A stretch of DNA of 64,000 nt from Octopus bimaculoides (taxonomy: Eukaryota): positions 50,168,671 to 50,232,670 of the forward strand of contig NC_068998.1 of assembly GCF_001194135.2 (NCBI RefSeq), in the 5' to 3' direction. A program made the position numbers and the translations under genes. This document shows, one piece after another, positions 27,637 through 41,556 of this stretch; positions within the stretch are counted from its first letter, which is position 1; the number at the start of each line of letters is the position of its first letter. A model generated the notes under the pieces. That model saw only the letters and a program-made list of their open reading frames with translations. It searched no databases and had not been told where the DNA came from.

Positions 27637-29904
27637 CATGCATGCATACAGCATACATACATGCATACATACATACATACATACATTCCTGTGCATATAT
27701 GCGTTTATGACCTATGTATCTGGAGAATTAGTAGTAGTAAAATTTATGTAAATTTTTATTTATAAACGAAACAAGTTTAACGGTCATAGTACAAATCAAA
27801 TTAAATGTAACTAAAAATATGTAAGTGTAACATTGGAATATAGTTTCAAATATAAAGTTTCAAAAATAAGACGTAATAGGAAAGTTCAAATTTGTGGGAA
27901 TTAATATTTTGGAAGTAAATCAAAGGAAAGTAGTAAATGAAAATATAAGATAAGTATTTGCTTTATGAAATAAAAAACAAATAAACAAAGAATACAAACC
28001 AAATACAAAAATGGCCACTGACTTCCGGAATTCAGGCATTTTTTTTTATTATGACTGAGACACTCTGTACTCACCTTTGCAACATTGAAACCTCTCTCAC
28101 TCTCCTCGATATTTTGCAGTGCAAACAAACCGCCTAAAATAGGTTAGCGATATACAAAAATTATATTATACATTAAAATTATTTTATATATGTTTCGTAT
28201 TTATTCTAGTTATGAAATATCAGTCAGCTACTTCAGAACAGAAAATGGAAATTTCAATACGAATAGAGTTTCCAAAATAGAAATTATAATTATAAAATGT
28301 TCACTAAGTGCACATATGCTATTTGGGCACCGACTCGAAGTGTTATAACTGAACGCATCGACCCCCGTACTTATTGTTAAAGCCAATATCTTGAATTATC
28401 GTTTCATTCCGCTGAACCGTTAAGTTACTGGTGCGGAACCACACTCACAACGGTCGTCAAAAGCTGGTGGGGGACCAAAATTTTACATTCAAACGAAACA
28501 GGCTGAATGGAATATGGAAGATCTTAAAGCAGTGCTAAACAAATGTCAACGAAGGAAAAATAAAAAATTACATTTTTGGCCAAAATAATGCACATGATTC
28601 TCTTGGTACATCACACAGTTAGCAACCAGGCGTTGCAATATGCGAAAGATGATTGAATCAAATGCCAGGCATATTACTCCCCTCCCTCATTTAACCAACA
28701 ATGTAATCCAATGAGTAACAAAAATCAGTGCTGGCTATAATTATTTCTGTAGAATATTTGTGGACATACGATTAACAGAATTATATAAAGCGTACTACTA
28801 GCGTGATATAACATGATATCAAATTATTAAAATGTTTAATATACTTTGTAGTATGATATGTCTGTTTAGCGAAATACCATGTACCTACAAATCATTAGCA
28901 GATACGTACCAGCATCCAAGAAATCGTTTAATATGCAAATTGGTATAATCCATCAATTTACACCGCTATGTATAGTGGCTGTTTAAGCAATGCTTTTGCG
29001 GATAATGCATTGGTTAGTTGGGTGCGGATAAAGTGGCAAATGTCCACGAAATATGCTATATACGCTCATTATCAATATTTCTTCTTTGATTTCATTGTTT
29101 CTTTACATATGATGTCTTGTATACGAAACGTTGTAGCAAAAATGAATTCTGGCTACAATGTTTATAGAATGTCTGTCGAAATAACCTTCGCAAAATAATG
29201 TAAAGTGCCGTGATAACGCAGTAGACCATGGTATTGACTTCTAAGAAACATTTAATATACTGAACATATATANNNNNNNNNNNNNNNNNNNNNNNNNNNN
29301 NNNNNNNNNNNNNNNNNNNNNNNNNNNNNNNNNNNNNNNNNNNNNNNNNNNNNNNNNNNNNNNNNNNNNNNNNNNNNNNNNNNNNNNNNNNNNNNNNNNN
29401 NNNNNNNNNNNNNNNNNNNNNNNNNNNNNNNNNNNNNNNNNNNNNNNNNNNNNNNNNNNNNNNNNNNNNNNNNNNNNNNNNNNNNNNNNNNNNNNNNNNN
29501 NNNNNNNNNNNNNNNNNNNNNNNNNNNNNNNNNNNNNNNNNNNNNNNNNNNNNNNNNNNNNNNNNNNNNNNNNNNNNNNNNNNNNNNNNNNNNNNNNNNN
29601 NNNNNNNNNNNNNNNNNNNNNNNNNNNNNNNNNNNNNNNNNNNNNNNNNNNNNNNNNNNNNNNNNNNNNNNNNNNNNNNNNNNNNNNNNNNNNNNNNNNN
29701 NNNNNNNNNNNNNNNNNNNNNNNNNNNNNNNNNNNNNNNNNNNNNNNNNNNNNNNNNNNNNNNNNNNNNNNNNNNNNNNNNNNNNNNNNNNNNNNNNNNN
29801 NNNNNNNNNNNNNNNNNNNNNNNNNNNNNNNNNNNNNNNNNNNNNNNNNNNNNNNNNNNNNNNNNNNNNNNNNNNNNNNNNNNNNNNNNNNNNNNNNNNN
29901 NNNN

Positions 29905-29954
<50 letters not shown>

Positions 29955-30552
29955 TGTGTATGTGTGTGTGTGTGTGTATACACATATATATATGCGTGTG
30001 TGTGTGTGTGTGTGTATGGGTGTGTGCGTGTGTATATACATACACACATATTTGTGTGTGTGTGTGTATATATATATATATTAGATATATACTGTCTGTG
30101 TGTTTCATTCTTTGTTTGTCCACGCAGTGGGACAACCTGGATTAATGTGGTTGGGAAGCAAACTTCTGAGACAGCCGTACCCGTGCCTGTGTTTGTTCCT
30201 TACATCGTTTGAATATACGATCTTAATATTAGAAACATTCATTATCTGACGTATCAATTCCCAATGGAAACTCACCATGTATTTGTCTCCTAAAATATTT
30301 GTAATATCCAACGACATATTAGATTTTGTCAGTATTTAAATAAATAACGAAAGACATAAATTTTAAGAAGTCGGACATAAATTTTAAGAAGACAAACATT
30401 TCACCACAGTAATAAGAAATACATTGAATTAATAAATTATAAAAGTCCAAGTTAACATGTGTTACTGAATATTTCAAACTTAAAATAAAAGTATTGAAGA
30501 TGCATAAATAAATGATTACATTTTCCGACTAGCGTGAGGAAGGGGCAAAATC

Positions 30553-30863
30553 ATGAGAATCCTTATTCTACTTTCATTTGTTCTTCTCTTTGGTATGTAG
30601 AAACAGGAAAACTATTTCCTTTTTTATGTCTGATATATCGGTAATTTTCGTATATGATATTATAATATTACATATTATATATTGATAATATTCGTATGTC
30701 TCTTCATCAACATGTCTTGCAAGCTCTCAATGACATGATCATTTTATTGTAAATTTATATCTAAGCCTCTATATTTTTTATCTATCAGTTTATCTCACAC
30801 ATTTATTTAGACACCTACAGTTTGAATATATACTTCTCATTTTATATATTTCACACACAGTTA

Positions 30864-30919
<56 letters not shown>

Positions 30920-33900
30920 GCGTAAAACTAATACAGTTGCTTCTTGTTACTACACCTGTCTTCCTATTTTGATTTCAGTGATTTCTCACACTATATATAT
31001 ATATATACGTGTGTGTGTGTGTGTGTGTGTATCAGGAAAATAAGAAAATGCTAAAATAATTTTATCATGAAGTACATTTTACTACCGGTTTCAGTCTTTA
31101 CGTACTAAATAAGGCTAAGTGTTGTGCAGAGCGTACCAATTGTTTCGCCAACTCACTGCTTTCATCAATTTCATCAAAATCTTCCTGCTGATGAATATAA
31201 TCTAAATGTCATTTACGAATATCCATAACAACTTACTAGAAAACAAACCCTGCCTGTTATAGACTGAAAAGCTTATAACTAGCGTAGCACGACATCGGTT
31301 CCTCTCTACTCCAAGCTAAAACCAAGCGACAGAACAACACCATGGATACAATAGCAAAACAATGAAACAATTTTTCAAATATGTTTGGACCGAATTATAA
31401 TGCCTTACTTTAATTTGTTCACAAAGTAGTTTCTAAATGTCATTTATTCAGTATATAAAAATACGCCAGTCAAAACACTGCAATTTCTAACTTATAGCTG
31501 AAGCAGCCATGAAGAATAAATGCTTTAAATTAGAGACGCCAAGATGCAATGCTCTGTACCAGCACTATCTGAGCAATGAAGACACATGCAAGTATGTATA
31601 ATAATTAGATAATAACATAGTGCTTCTATAGCTACTGGATTGTTTTGTCTTATTTCTAGCAAAACTGGTTCTGATTCTTGTTCATTTTAGTGAGGTATAT
31701 ATGTTTGCCTGTAGGTTGTAGACTTGCGAATTAGCCACCAATACCATATATATGTGTTTGTGTGTGTGGTATTTGTGTGTGTGTGCGTGTGTTAATGTGT
31801 ATGCTTATACACACACTTACATACATTACATAAACACATATATACATATACATAGAAACATGTGTGTGTCATGCCTCTGTGTGTCTAAATGTACTTCAGA
31901 AACAAAAGAGGTTTGTTACTTAGTACTACAAAAGAAAGGTGCTAGAAGTAGCGCCAATCTTTACAGATTTATTACTGCATAGATTTGTTCAATTAAATCA
32001 AGTAAGGCCATGCTGTAGCATGGCCGCATTGCAATGTCTGTATATATGATTCATATATTTATAAATGATTTAGTAAACGTTGATCGTGATAATGCTTAAG
32101 GGTATTATGTAACATCCTAGGTGTTGGGCAATCGCCTCACTATTCCTAAATGATGATTTTGAAGGAATGTTCATGGTATTACTGACTCTACAACAGAGTG
32201 TGACTATCAAAAATATTTCTGCATTTTCACACGATGTCTATAATGCTTTACAATGCACACTAATTATATTTTTATGAATATTGCACCAGTACCACTTCCA
32301 AATGCACAAGCTGTTAATATCAAAAATATCACCCCACATCAACAACTCGTGAAAATTCAGAAGGACATAAAAATACGCTGTGAGGTACGTGTAATTGTGA
32401 TGAAATAATTGGTGGCGTAAAATAGAGGAAAATAAAAAGAAAATTAAAATTATCCAGCTAGAAATGAATGCGTGGGTTAGCGGAACATACATTCTACGTT
32501 ACGAAATTTGTTCGTACATAATTCTTGATACATTAGCGAGGCGTCTAAGTTGAGTAGCTATGTTAGTATTGGGGCTGGTCATATGTATAGAACGAAGCCC
32601 AAATTTCAACGAACAGAGATGTGTTTTAGCTATGAAATAAATGTGAGACTTATGCCCGTCATAAAAAAAAAAGGAATTATATGCGGACAATCACGGGGAA
32701 AAGAAAATATGAATAAGTAAGTTATGTTTGGGGGACATCATGCATGCCAAAGTATGCTAGCTCTGTCATGAACATCGTTGTGTAGGCTAGGCATACATCT
32801 GGTTATCTGCGATATAGAAATGTCCAGCCTCCGAATTCTAATGAACATCCCAAGAGTTCCACTATCATTTGCCAGTGAGTAAGCTGGAGTTACTAAATCC
32901 AAATTCCGTAAATTAGTTTTTTGTGGCAAAACATTTCGATTTCAGACCATGTTTTGAGACTAAAACGATTCCATTGGGGATAACGTACGTTAACCATTCT
33001 GAAGCACAGAAAAAGATTATTTACGTCATTTAAACATTTATTGCGTATAATATGTTGTCGAAACCTAGTCTCTGATAACGTTACAGTGAAATGTTTTAAT
33101 AATGCAAGTATTTGATTCTTCGTTTTTCTTTATTTTTTTAAATCTATTCGATAAATATTTGAGGACGGTTTTCTGTTTTTCAGAGATTACGTTGAATTCC
33201 TTCGTTGCATTGATTTAGATGACAAAACCTGTAAGGAAAAGTATAAGGTTATGCACGCATGTATCGTGAGTTAATTATTATTCTATATTTGTTGGGAGAC
33301 GAGAATATCAGAGAGTTAATCAATACAGGATATATCATATTTCTATCGTTTGTTGATTTTTATTTCAATTTAGACTGGCCTTTGTCAAAGAAATGCCACA
33401 CTTCGATGGTGGAAGCAGCGTAGGTTTTGAATTTGTGCTGCATCGCTTCAACCTTTTCCAATATTGCTAATATACATATTTCCAAATAAGCACCAAAGAC
33501 CGATAGAAGAATGGGTCAAACTGGATGATATATTTGTTACATATTCCAAGGCCATTGTTAGTCAAACTCATGAAGGACGTAGGAAAATGATTAATGATTA
33601 ATGCAAAGAAGAAAGTACTAGTAGACTAATACAGGTTAGTGTTCCCACTGACGTAGGAAAATATTATTCATTAACGAAGAGTAATCATACTTGTGACATA
33701 CACGATATATTTTAGAAAATATTCCGAAGATATAACATCTTCTCTCGTTGATTTTCCAATCAATTTAAACTGAGCTTCAACAAAACTCCATCCACTGCCG
33801 GAGTTGACGTCAACCATCCACATTCTGAGAAAGCCTCTCTCCATATAATAGACCCCTTGGGTCTCTGACTGAGACGCGGTGAGACGATGAAATGAAATGC

Positions 33901-35232
33901 AAATTAATCGAAAAATAGTACTAATGATATTAGTATTTACTTTGAGTAGAAAAGAATATTAGAGTAGAAAAGGATATTATTATTTACTTTTAATCTGAAT
34001 GTCTCTTATAGTCACTCCCCGAGACACACCCAGTGCCTAGCTCGAGTGAATGGTAAGAGATGTTACAGTATGACTGAAAGATTGCGGAGGGGAAGTAACG
34101 AAATATCTTCAGGTAATACAACACAAACATTTAAAAATGGAGAGGGTTTTTTCTAAGGATGTGGACAATACTTGTAAGGAAACATCTTTTGTATTTCTCT
34201 GAGACATGCTTCTCCTGAGATCTTTTTCTAGATGTTTCTGACACCACTTTTTTTTTATCATACATTGGACATGTTTTAAGATGCCACATTTTTTGAATGT
34301 CAGTTTCCAAGTCTTTATACTTATTTAGTTTGTCAAATTCCTTTACAGATATGATTTTATCAGTGGGAACACTAACCTGTATTAGTCTACTAGTATTTTC
34401 TTCTTTGCATTAATCATTAATCAGAAAGTGTACATTACTAGCAATATTATAATACGAAATCCAGGTCAACTCATGAAGTTATATTTTTGAAACATATCAA
34501 ATAATTTAAGAAAATATTCCCTCTTTCGTTTCAGAAACAGGCACTAAAAGGTTCCAGTTGCAAACATAAGGTACGTGATGTCATCTACTGAATCAGCATT
34601 TTAAGCGATACTATTTAAATTTGCACCAGCATAAATAGATATTATCACATAACTACTTTACTACATTATATTGTAAATAGAATATCAGTGCTTTATTGAT
34701 ATATAATATTTTCTAAATATATGATAAACGACCTAATAATATTCCTAGGGCAATATCGCAATATAAACGTATCCATTGTTACTTGTAGCAATATTATTAA
34801 CCAATGCTAAAACAATCAATCATATAGGTTATATGATATCAATGTAGTTTATGTTTATGAAAACCGTAGTTTTTCGAAAAGTTATGAAAAATATATGCTA
34901 CAAAACGTGTCATTTTCATAAACGTATAGCAGCATGAAAGATACACGTTTGACATTCAAGAGCGCTCAATGTTGAAATTCCAGTTCATCATTTATTTCTG
35001 GAGAAAAGGTTTCTGGCAACAACTATAATCTATAATCTATCACTCTGTAATTGCTTTGGCTTCTAAACGAAGTTTCAGATCAAATCCCTTTTCAGGCAAA
35101 GATATTTCACGTATCTAATTTCCGTAAGCATGTATTAAAATATTCTACATTTTTTAACTGTTCTCTTTACAGATTACCTTCAGAGCATCAATCCTTACTG
35201 CAGTTGTGGGTACATTATTAATGCATACCTAA
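30553..35232 (+). CDS. Gene E: 103-aa 6-Cys GPI-like protein with an extra linker Cys
   Basis: Exons 30553-30592, 31498-31591, 33184-33265, 34535-34570, 35173-35232. MRILILLSFVLLFA-EAAMKNKCFKLETPRCNALYQHYLSNEDTCK-DYVEFLRCIDLDDKTCKEKYKVMHACI-KQALKGSSCKHK-ITFRASILTAVVGTLLMHT*. AATAAA at 35365. Confidence 0.9.
33589..34422. repeat. 63-bp inverted repeat pair in gene E intron 3
   Basis: 33589-33651 is the reverse complement of 34360-34422 with one mismatch. Confidence 0.85.
33780..34335. mobile_element. Two tail-to-tail non-LTR retrotransposon 3' fragments in gene E intron 3
   Basis: 33780-33905 (+) and 34015-34335 (-) resemble 52545-52650 and 53450-53830 in gene G. Confidence 0.5.
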
Positions 35233-35364
35233 GTAGATTGAATGCTACCATGAAAATATTTCCGTGTGAATCAGAAAATTTGAATGAAGCATCAGTAATG
35301 TGTACTTGAAACATAGTCGCAGCAGGATGTGTTAAACATTTTTTTCTCTTTCTAACGTAATTCT

Positions 35365-35370
35365 AATAAA
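35365..35370 (+). terminator. Putative polyadenylation signal AATAAA of gene E
   Basis: TTCTAATAAA is conserved 128-140 nt after the stop in D (24838), E (35365), F (42859) and G (58811). Confidence 0.55.
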
Positions 35371-35682
35371 GCCACGAGCGTTCAAAAGTCTACTTCTCTT
35401 ATTCTTTTACTGCAACGGAGGCAACAGCTGATGTCATACTGGAGAACAGACTATCTAATTCCCACTAAGTAAATAATACTAAACATTTCCTAAACAATGA
35501 TTTTCAATGCATCTTTCCTCATACGCAGTTTTTGCAGAGAATTCGGCTTGGCAGGAATCGTAGATACGAAGGACCGAATTTAAGACTTAGATTCCTTTAC
35601 TTTCCCACCATGTACATCATTCAGTTTCTGTCGCTATATTTTTTTATGTCTGATGCAATGTGCACTTGGGTCAATAGTCTAC

Positions 35683-36000
35683 GTTGTGATGAGAGTTATG
35701 ACGCCCCCATTCGAGGGACAGACTGGTCCGAGTAAAGTATAAATAGTAACGATCCGAGTGAGTTCAGAGTTTGGAGTGGTGTGAAGTTCAGGTTAGTTCA
35801 CAATGGAGTCAGAAGGTGACGATGTTGTGTCGACGCCCCCATGCAAAGAAGTAGGACGCCCAAGACATATACATAGAGGTAGTCTAGCCGTGGTAGAGGG
35901 GTTGAGTAGCCGTCGTGTAGCGGTTGAGTAGAGATCATCCGAAGGCGCTAGATAGCAGTAGCTTGAGACATAACAGTCGGTTGGTTAGTTCAGAAGCGAA
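35683..36000 (+). mobile_element. LTR-like segment downstream of gene E
   Basis: GC-richer block alignable by eye with 43155-43300, which precedes a Gypsy-like coding remnant. Absent at the homologous site after D and G. Confidence 0.4.
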
Positions 36001-36448
36001 CATTTAAAGAGATGTCAGAAAATGTTTCCTTTACACAAACTACATGACACAAATAAGGTTGTAGGAAAAGATAAAAGAAAAACGGTTTATTAAAATGTTC
36101 AAAATATGTTTGAACTGAAATAACAGCAATAATGTAACAAACAGTTAATGATATGGATTAATAAATATAAACAAGTTCCAGAATATCAGTACACCTTACA
36201 CACCGTGATGTTTAAGAGCATACAGATTGATAATAGAGGTATCCTAAAAAAATCAGCTTGTCGGTGTGTTCTCAGCGGTAATAAAGATGTCAAGAACTCA
36301 ACTGTCAGTTAGCATCATTTGAAATCGGATTATGTATGAAAGCAATAATGTTGTTAAAATACCATAATAATAACAAACTTGAAAACCATAGTATGTTTTA
36401 ACTTTATTCAACTAATATATCATTCTATACACATTCAAATACATTCGA

Positions 36449-36498
<50 letters not shown>

Positions 36499-37698
36499 NN
36501 NNNNNNNNNNNNNNNNNNNNNNNNNNNNNNNNNNNNNNNNNNNNNNNNNNNNNNNNNNNNNNNNNNNNNNNNNNNNNNNNNNNNNNNNNNNNNNNNNNNN
36601 NNNNNNNNNNNNNNNNNNNNNNNNNNNNNNNNNNNNNNNNNNNNNNNNNNNNNNNNNNNNNNNNNNNNNNNNNNNNNNNNNNNNNNNNNNNNNNNNNNNN
36701 NNNNNNNNNNNNNNNNNNNNNNNNNNNNNNNNNNNNNNNNNNNNNNNNNNNNNNNNNNNNNNNNNNNNNNNNNNNNNNNNNNNNNNNNNNNNNNNNNNNN
36801 NNNNNNNNNNNNNNNNNNNNNNNNNNNNNNNNNNNNNNNNNNNNNNNNNNNNNNNNNNNNNNNNNNNNNNNNNNNNNNNNNNNNNNNNNNNNNNNNNNNN
36901 NNNNNNNNNNNNNNNNNNNNNNNNNNNNNNNNNNNNNNNNNNNNNNNNNNNNNNNNNNNNNNNNNNNNNNNNNNNNNNNNNNNNNNNNNNNNNNNNNNNN
37001 NNNNNNNNNNNNNNNNNNNNNNNNNNNNNNNNNNNNNNNNNNNNNNNNNNNNNNNNNNNNNNNNNNNNNNNNNNNNNNNNNNNNNNNNNNNNNNNNNNNN
37101 NNNNNNNNNNNNNNNNNNNNNNNNNNNNNNNNNNNNNNNNNNNNNNNNNNNNNNNNNNNNNNNNNNNNNNNNNATATATATATATATATACGTATGCATG
37201 TATATAGTCGACGGGATTCTTTCAGTGTCCGTCTACCAATTACACTGAAAATCCTCAAGTCGGCCCGAGACTATGGTACACAATGTCTGCCCAATATACC
37301 ACACAGTGAGACTGACTATACAGCCAAGATTGTGCCTGAGTCTGTGCCTATAATATTTTCATATTTTTCATAAAAGTTGTTACCATGTGGAACATTCGTT
37401 ATGAAACGTATCAACTTCCAGTGTTAATTAAGATGTATTTATCTACTAAAATTTTAGTAGACATATTTACTTGTACCAGTATTCAATTAAATAACTAGAC
37501 ATAGATATTAAGTCAGACATAAATCTTAAGCAAAAAACCACACATTTCATCACAGTAATAAGAAATACGTTGAATTAATGAATTACAAAAGCCCAAGTTA
37601 ACATATGTTACTGCATATTACAAACTTAAAATAAAGGTTTTGAAGATGTATAAAAAAAATAGCATTGGAACTTCCGACTAGCCTGAGGAAGTATCAGA

Positions 37699-37997
37699 AC
37701 GAGACAACGTATTCTAATTATATTTCTTCTCATTGGTATGTAGAAAGAGGAAGATTATTTCTTCTTTATATGTTTGGTATATCGCTATTCGTATATTATA
37801 TCATAGTATCATAACTTATACATTGATAATATTCGTGTTAATATCGCTCTATCAAAATATCGTGCAAGCTTTCAATCAGTCTAACATTGTATTCTAAATT
37901 TATACTTATGACTCCATGTTGTTTATCTCACAATATATCTGCATATATATATATATGTGTGTGTGTGTGTATGTGTGTGTGTGTGTGTGTGCGTTTC

Positions 37998-38048
<51 letters not shown>

Positions 38049-38631
38049 NNNNNNNNNNNNNNNNNNNNNNNNNNNNNNNNNNNNNNNNNNNNNNNNNNNN
38101 NNNNNNNNNNNNNNNNNNNNNNNNNNNNNNNNNNNNNNNNNNNNNNNNNNNNNNNNNNNNNNNNNNNNNNNNNNNNNNNNNNNNNNNNNNNNNNNNNNNN
38201 NNNNNNNNNNNNNNNNNNNNNNNNNNNNNNNNNNNNNNNNNNNNNNNNNNNNNNNNNNNNNNNNNNNNNNNNNNNNNNNNNNNNNNNNNNNNNNNNNNNN
38301 NNNNNNNNNNNNNNNNNNNNNNNNNNNNNNNNNNNNNNNNNNNNNNNNNNNNNNNNNNNNNNNNNNNNNNNNNNNNNNNNNNNNNNNNNNNNNNNNNNNN
38401 NNNNNNNNNNNNNNNNNNNNNNNNNNNNNNNNNNNNNNNNNNNNNNNNNNNNNNNNNNNNNNNNNNNNNNNNNNNNNNNNNNNNNNNNNNNNNNNNNNNN
38501 NNNNNNNNNNNNNNNNNNNNNNNNNNNNNNNNNNNNNNNNNNNNNNNNNNNNNNNNNNNNNNNNNNTATATATATAATATATATCAAGATTTAGTTTTTC
38601 ATAATAGTATATAGAAATATGTGTGTGTGGC

Positions 38632-38663
<32 letters not shown>

Positions 38664-39483
38664 TGTGTGTCAGTGTGTGTGTGTGTATCTAGGTATGTAT
38701 CTATCTCTATATGTATCAATCTATCAATATGAAAATATGTGACTAAATAGTTCTGCCAAATATCGGTTCAGCACTTTGTTCAGCTCAGGACCAGAATTTG
38801 CGAGTTATTCATCAATATCGATAACAACTTACTCTCCCTGTCATCACTGATTACAGAGTGGAAAGTATATAACTCGCGTCGTGCGACACCAGTTTCTTTC
38901 TCCTTCAAGATAAAACCAAGCAACAGAAACCCAACATCGAAACACAACTATGGAAATAAATTGAGATCTTTCGTTAAATGTGTTTGGCCAAATTATAATG
39001 GGTTAATTTATAATGTTCAGAAAGTAATTTATAGATGTCTTTTATTCAGTATACAAAAATATGCAATCCATAACACTGTAATTTCTAACTTATAGGTGAT
39101 GTAGTTATGGGGGATAAATGCATTTTCTACGAGTGGTCAAGTTGCAAAGATTATGGCTATTGCAGGTAGGTATAATACTTATGCAAAACAGATATCATGC
39201 ACTACATATATATGTATATATGTTTGTATATATATATATATATATATATNNNNNNNNNNNNNNNNNNNNNNNNNNNNNNNNNNNNNNNNNNNNNNNNNNN
39301 NNNNNNNNNNNNNNNNNNNNNNNNNNNNNNNNNNNNNNNNNNNNNNNNNNNNNNNNNNNNNNNNNNNNNNNNNNNNNNNNNNNNNNNNNNNNNNNNNNNN
39401 NNNNNNNNNNNNNNNNNNNNNNNTATATGTATGTATGTATGTATGTATATATATGATATAAACATTTATAAATATATACATAA

Positions 39484-39527
<44 letters not shown>

Positions 39528-40011
39528 ATGTATGTATTTATATATGCATATATATGTCATATATATGTATGTGTGCGTCTCACGTATAAAATAGAGATGT
39601 GTGTGTATTAGCTTTTCACGTGAAAACGGCTTTACCAATCACTTCCGTACATGGGATCCATGAACATTTTGATCTCGGACATATAATAGGTTCTTCATTT
39701 TGACATGTTGCTTAATTCTTAATAATTTTTAAAAATATATTGCCCTATATTTATTATTCACTACTTTAAAAACTTTCCTCGACGACAACTTCCGGTATTG
39801 ACATAAAAACAGTGAAGTCCAAAGTCTCTAGTCCCTCTTTGAATGCTCGCTATTCGTGAACAACTACGATGAATGAATGAAAGAAATATTTACGACATTC
39901 ACAAATTTAAATATACGTTACAAGATAATATATAACGTACTACTATTTATACGATGTTTTCATTCCCCGTTTATCTCATAGCCTGTCTGCAGTATTCTTT
40001 CTCTCTCACTT

Positions 40012-40073
<62 letters not shown>

Positions 40074-41498
40074 GGAGGAATTCATTTGAAATGTCTCACG
40101 AGCAACGCGCCAAGATCCAGATTTAAGTAACCGTGAATGAACATAGCAAGTTGGATGTAGGGCGCGGGGAGAATTTGATAAAATTCAAAAATGGTTATTT
40201 ATTCCTGTACTTCAAAGTTTCACGCTTAACGATTGAATACACTTCTTAATTATTCAATTAAGCAATTCATTAAACCATTTATGACTCATCAACGACAATT
40301 GCTATGGACATATAATTATGAAACTCAATAGATACCACCTACATTCAATGTGCCAAGATAAGAATACTGTATTCGTGGTTTGAGTTTTAACTACTATTTC
40401 TGCCCAGTTCATGTTCAAATGTCTTCAAACTTTAACAGCATGTGTAGAAACGGGTCGAAATTTTCTGTTTAATATTTCATGTTTATCTTTTCGAGTATAG
40501 AAATGGCATTCACTGGAATGGAAAAGGCGTTTCGTGTTTAGGCGTATGATCGAACGCAGTCGAACAAGATTGTGCAACGTGCATTTGTCAGAGAGTTCTC
40601 TAAAAACTCAACAGTTCTCAAAAAGTTCTCTAAAAATGCAATGCAGATTTGGACATATCTGTCAAATATGTTTAATTTATAACTGCTGGAATTATAAATC
40701 TAAATTCTGTCAATTCCTTTTTTGTGAAGGAATTATAGACGTTTTAGGGAGCAGTAATTCCTGGCCAAACATTTTGATTTCAGACCGTTTTGAAACTAAT
40801 ACGATTACAGTGTTGTTGAAGCATGCTAAACCTTCAGAATCACGCAGTGAAACATTTATCGTCTGTAATATGGTGTCGAATATTTTGTCATTCGTAACCG
40901 CAACCTGGTCATTGACAATGTTACATAGGAAAGTTTTAATAATGCATGTATTTCAGTGTTCGTATATTTTTCTTCATTCGATTAAATTTGAGGACGATTA
41001 TTCTGTTTTTCAGACGTTTCGGAGAAATACATGAGTGCTTTAATTTACAGTACAAGGTCTGTAGGGATAGGTATAAGGCTAGGACCCTCTGTGATGTAAG
41101 TGTTTTTTTATTATTCTATATTTGTTGGGAGACGAGTATAACAAAGGTCTAATTAATACAGGATATATCATATTTCTACCTTTTTGTTGAATTTTCGTTC
41201 TTTTAATTCAGACTCACCTTTGTCAAAAGAAATGCCACACTTTGACGGTAGAAACAGCGCAGATTTTGAACAACATGCGCTGCTTCGTTGCAGCCGTTTC
41301 CAATACTACTAATCTATATATTTTCAAATTAGAGCCTAAGACCAATAGCAGAATCAGTCGACCTGGAATATATGTTTGTTAGGTATTCAAAAGTCATTAT
41401 TATCCAATGAAGGATTTTGAAAATATAACTCATTAACGAATAGTAATCATACTTGTGACATGCTCGATATGTTTTGTAAAATACTTCAATGATATTTT

Positions 41499-41556
<58 letters not shown>

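Noticed and set aside
40534-41152. ORFs 40534-41034 and 40946-41152 (also 51991-52188) as standalone genes
   Set aside because: They are mostly intronic. The 40946 and 51991 ORFs merely read through exon 3 of genes F and G in frame.
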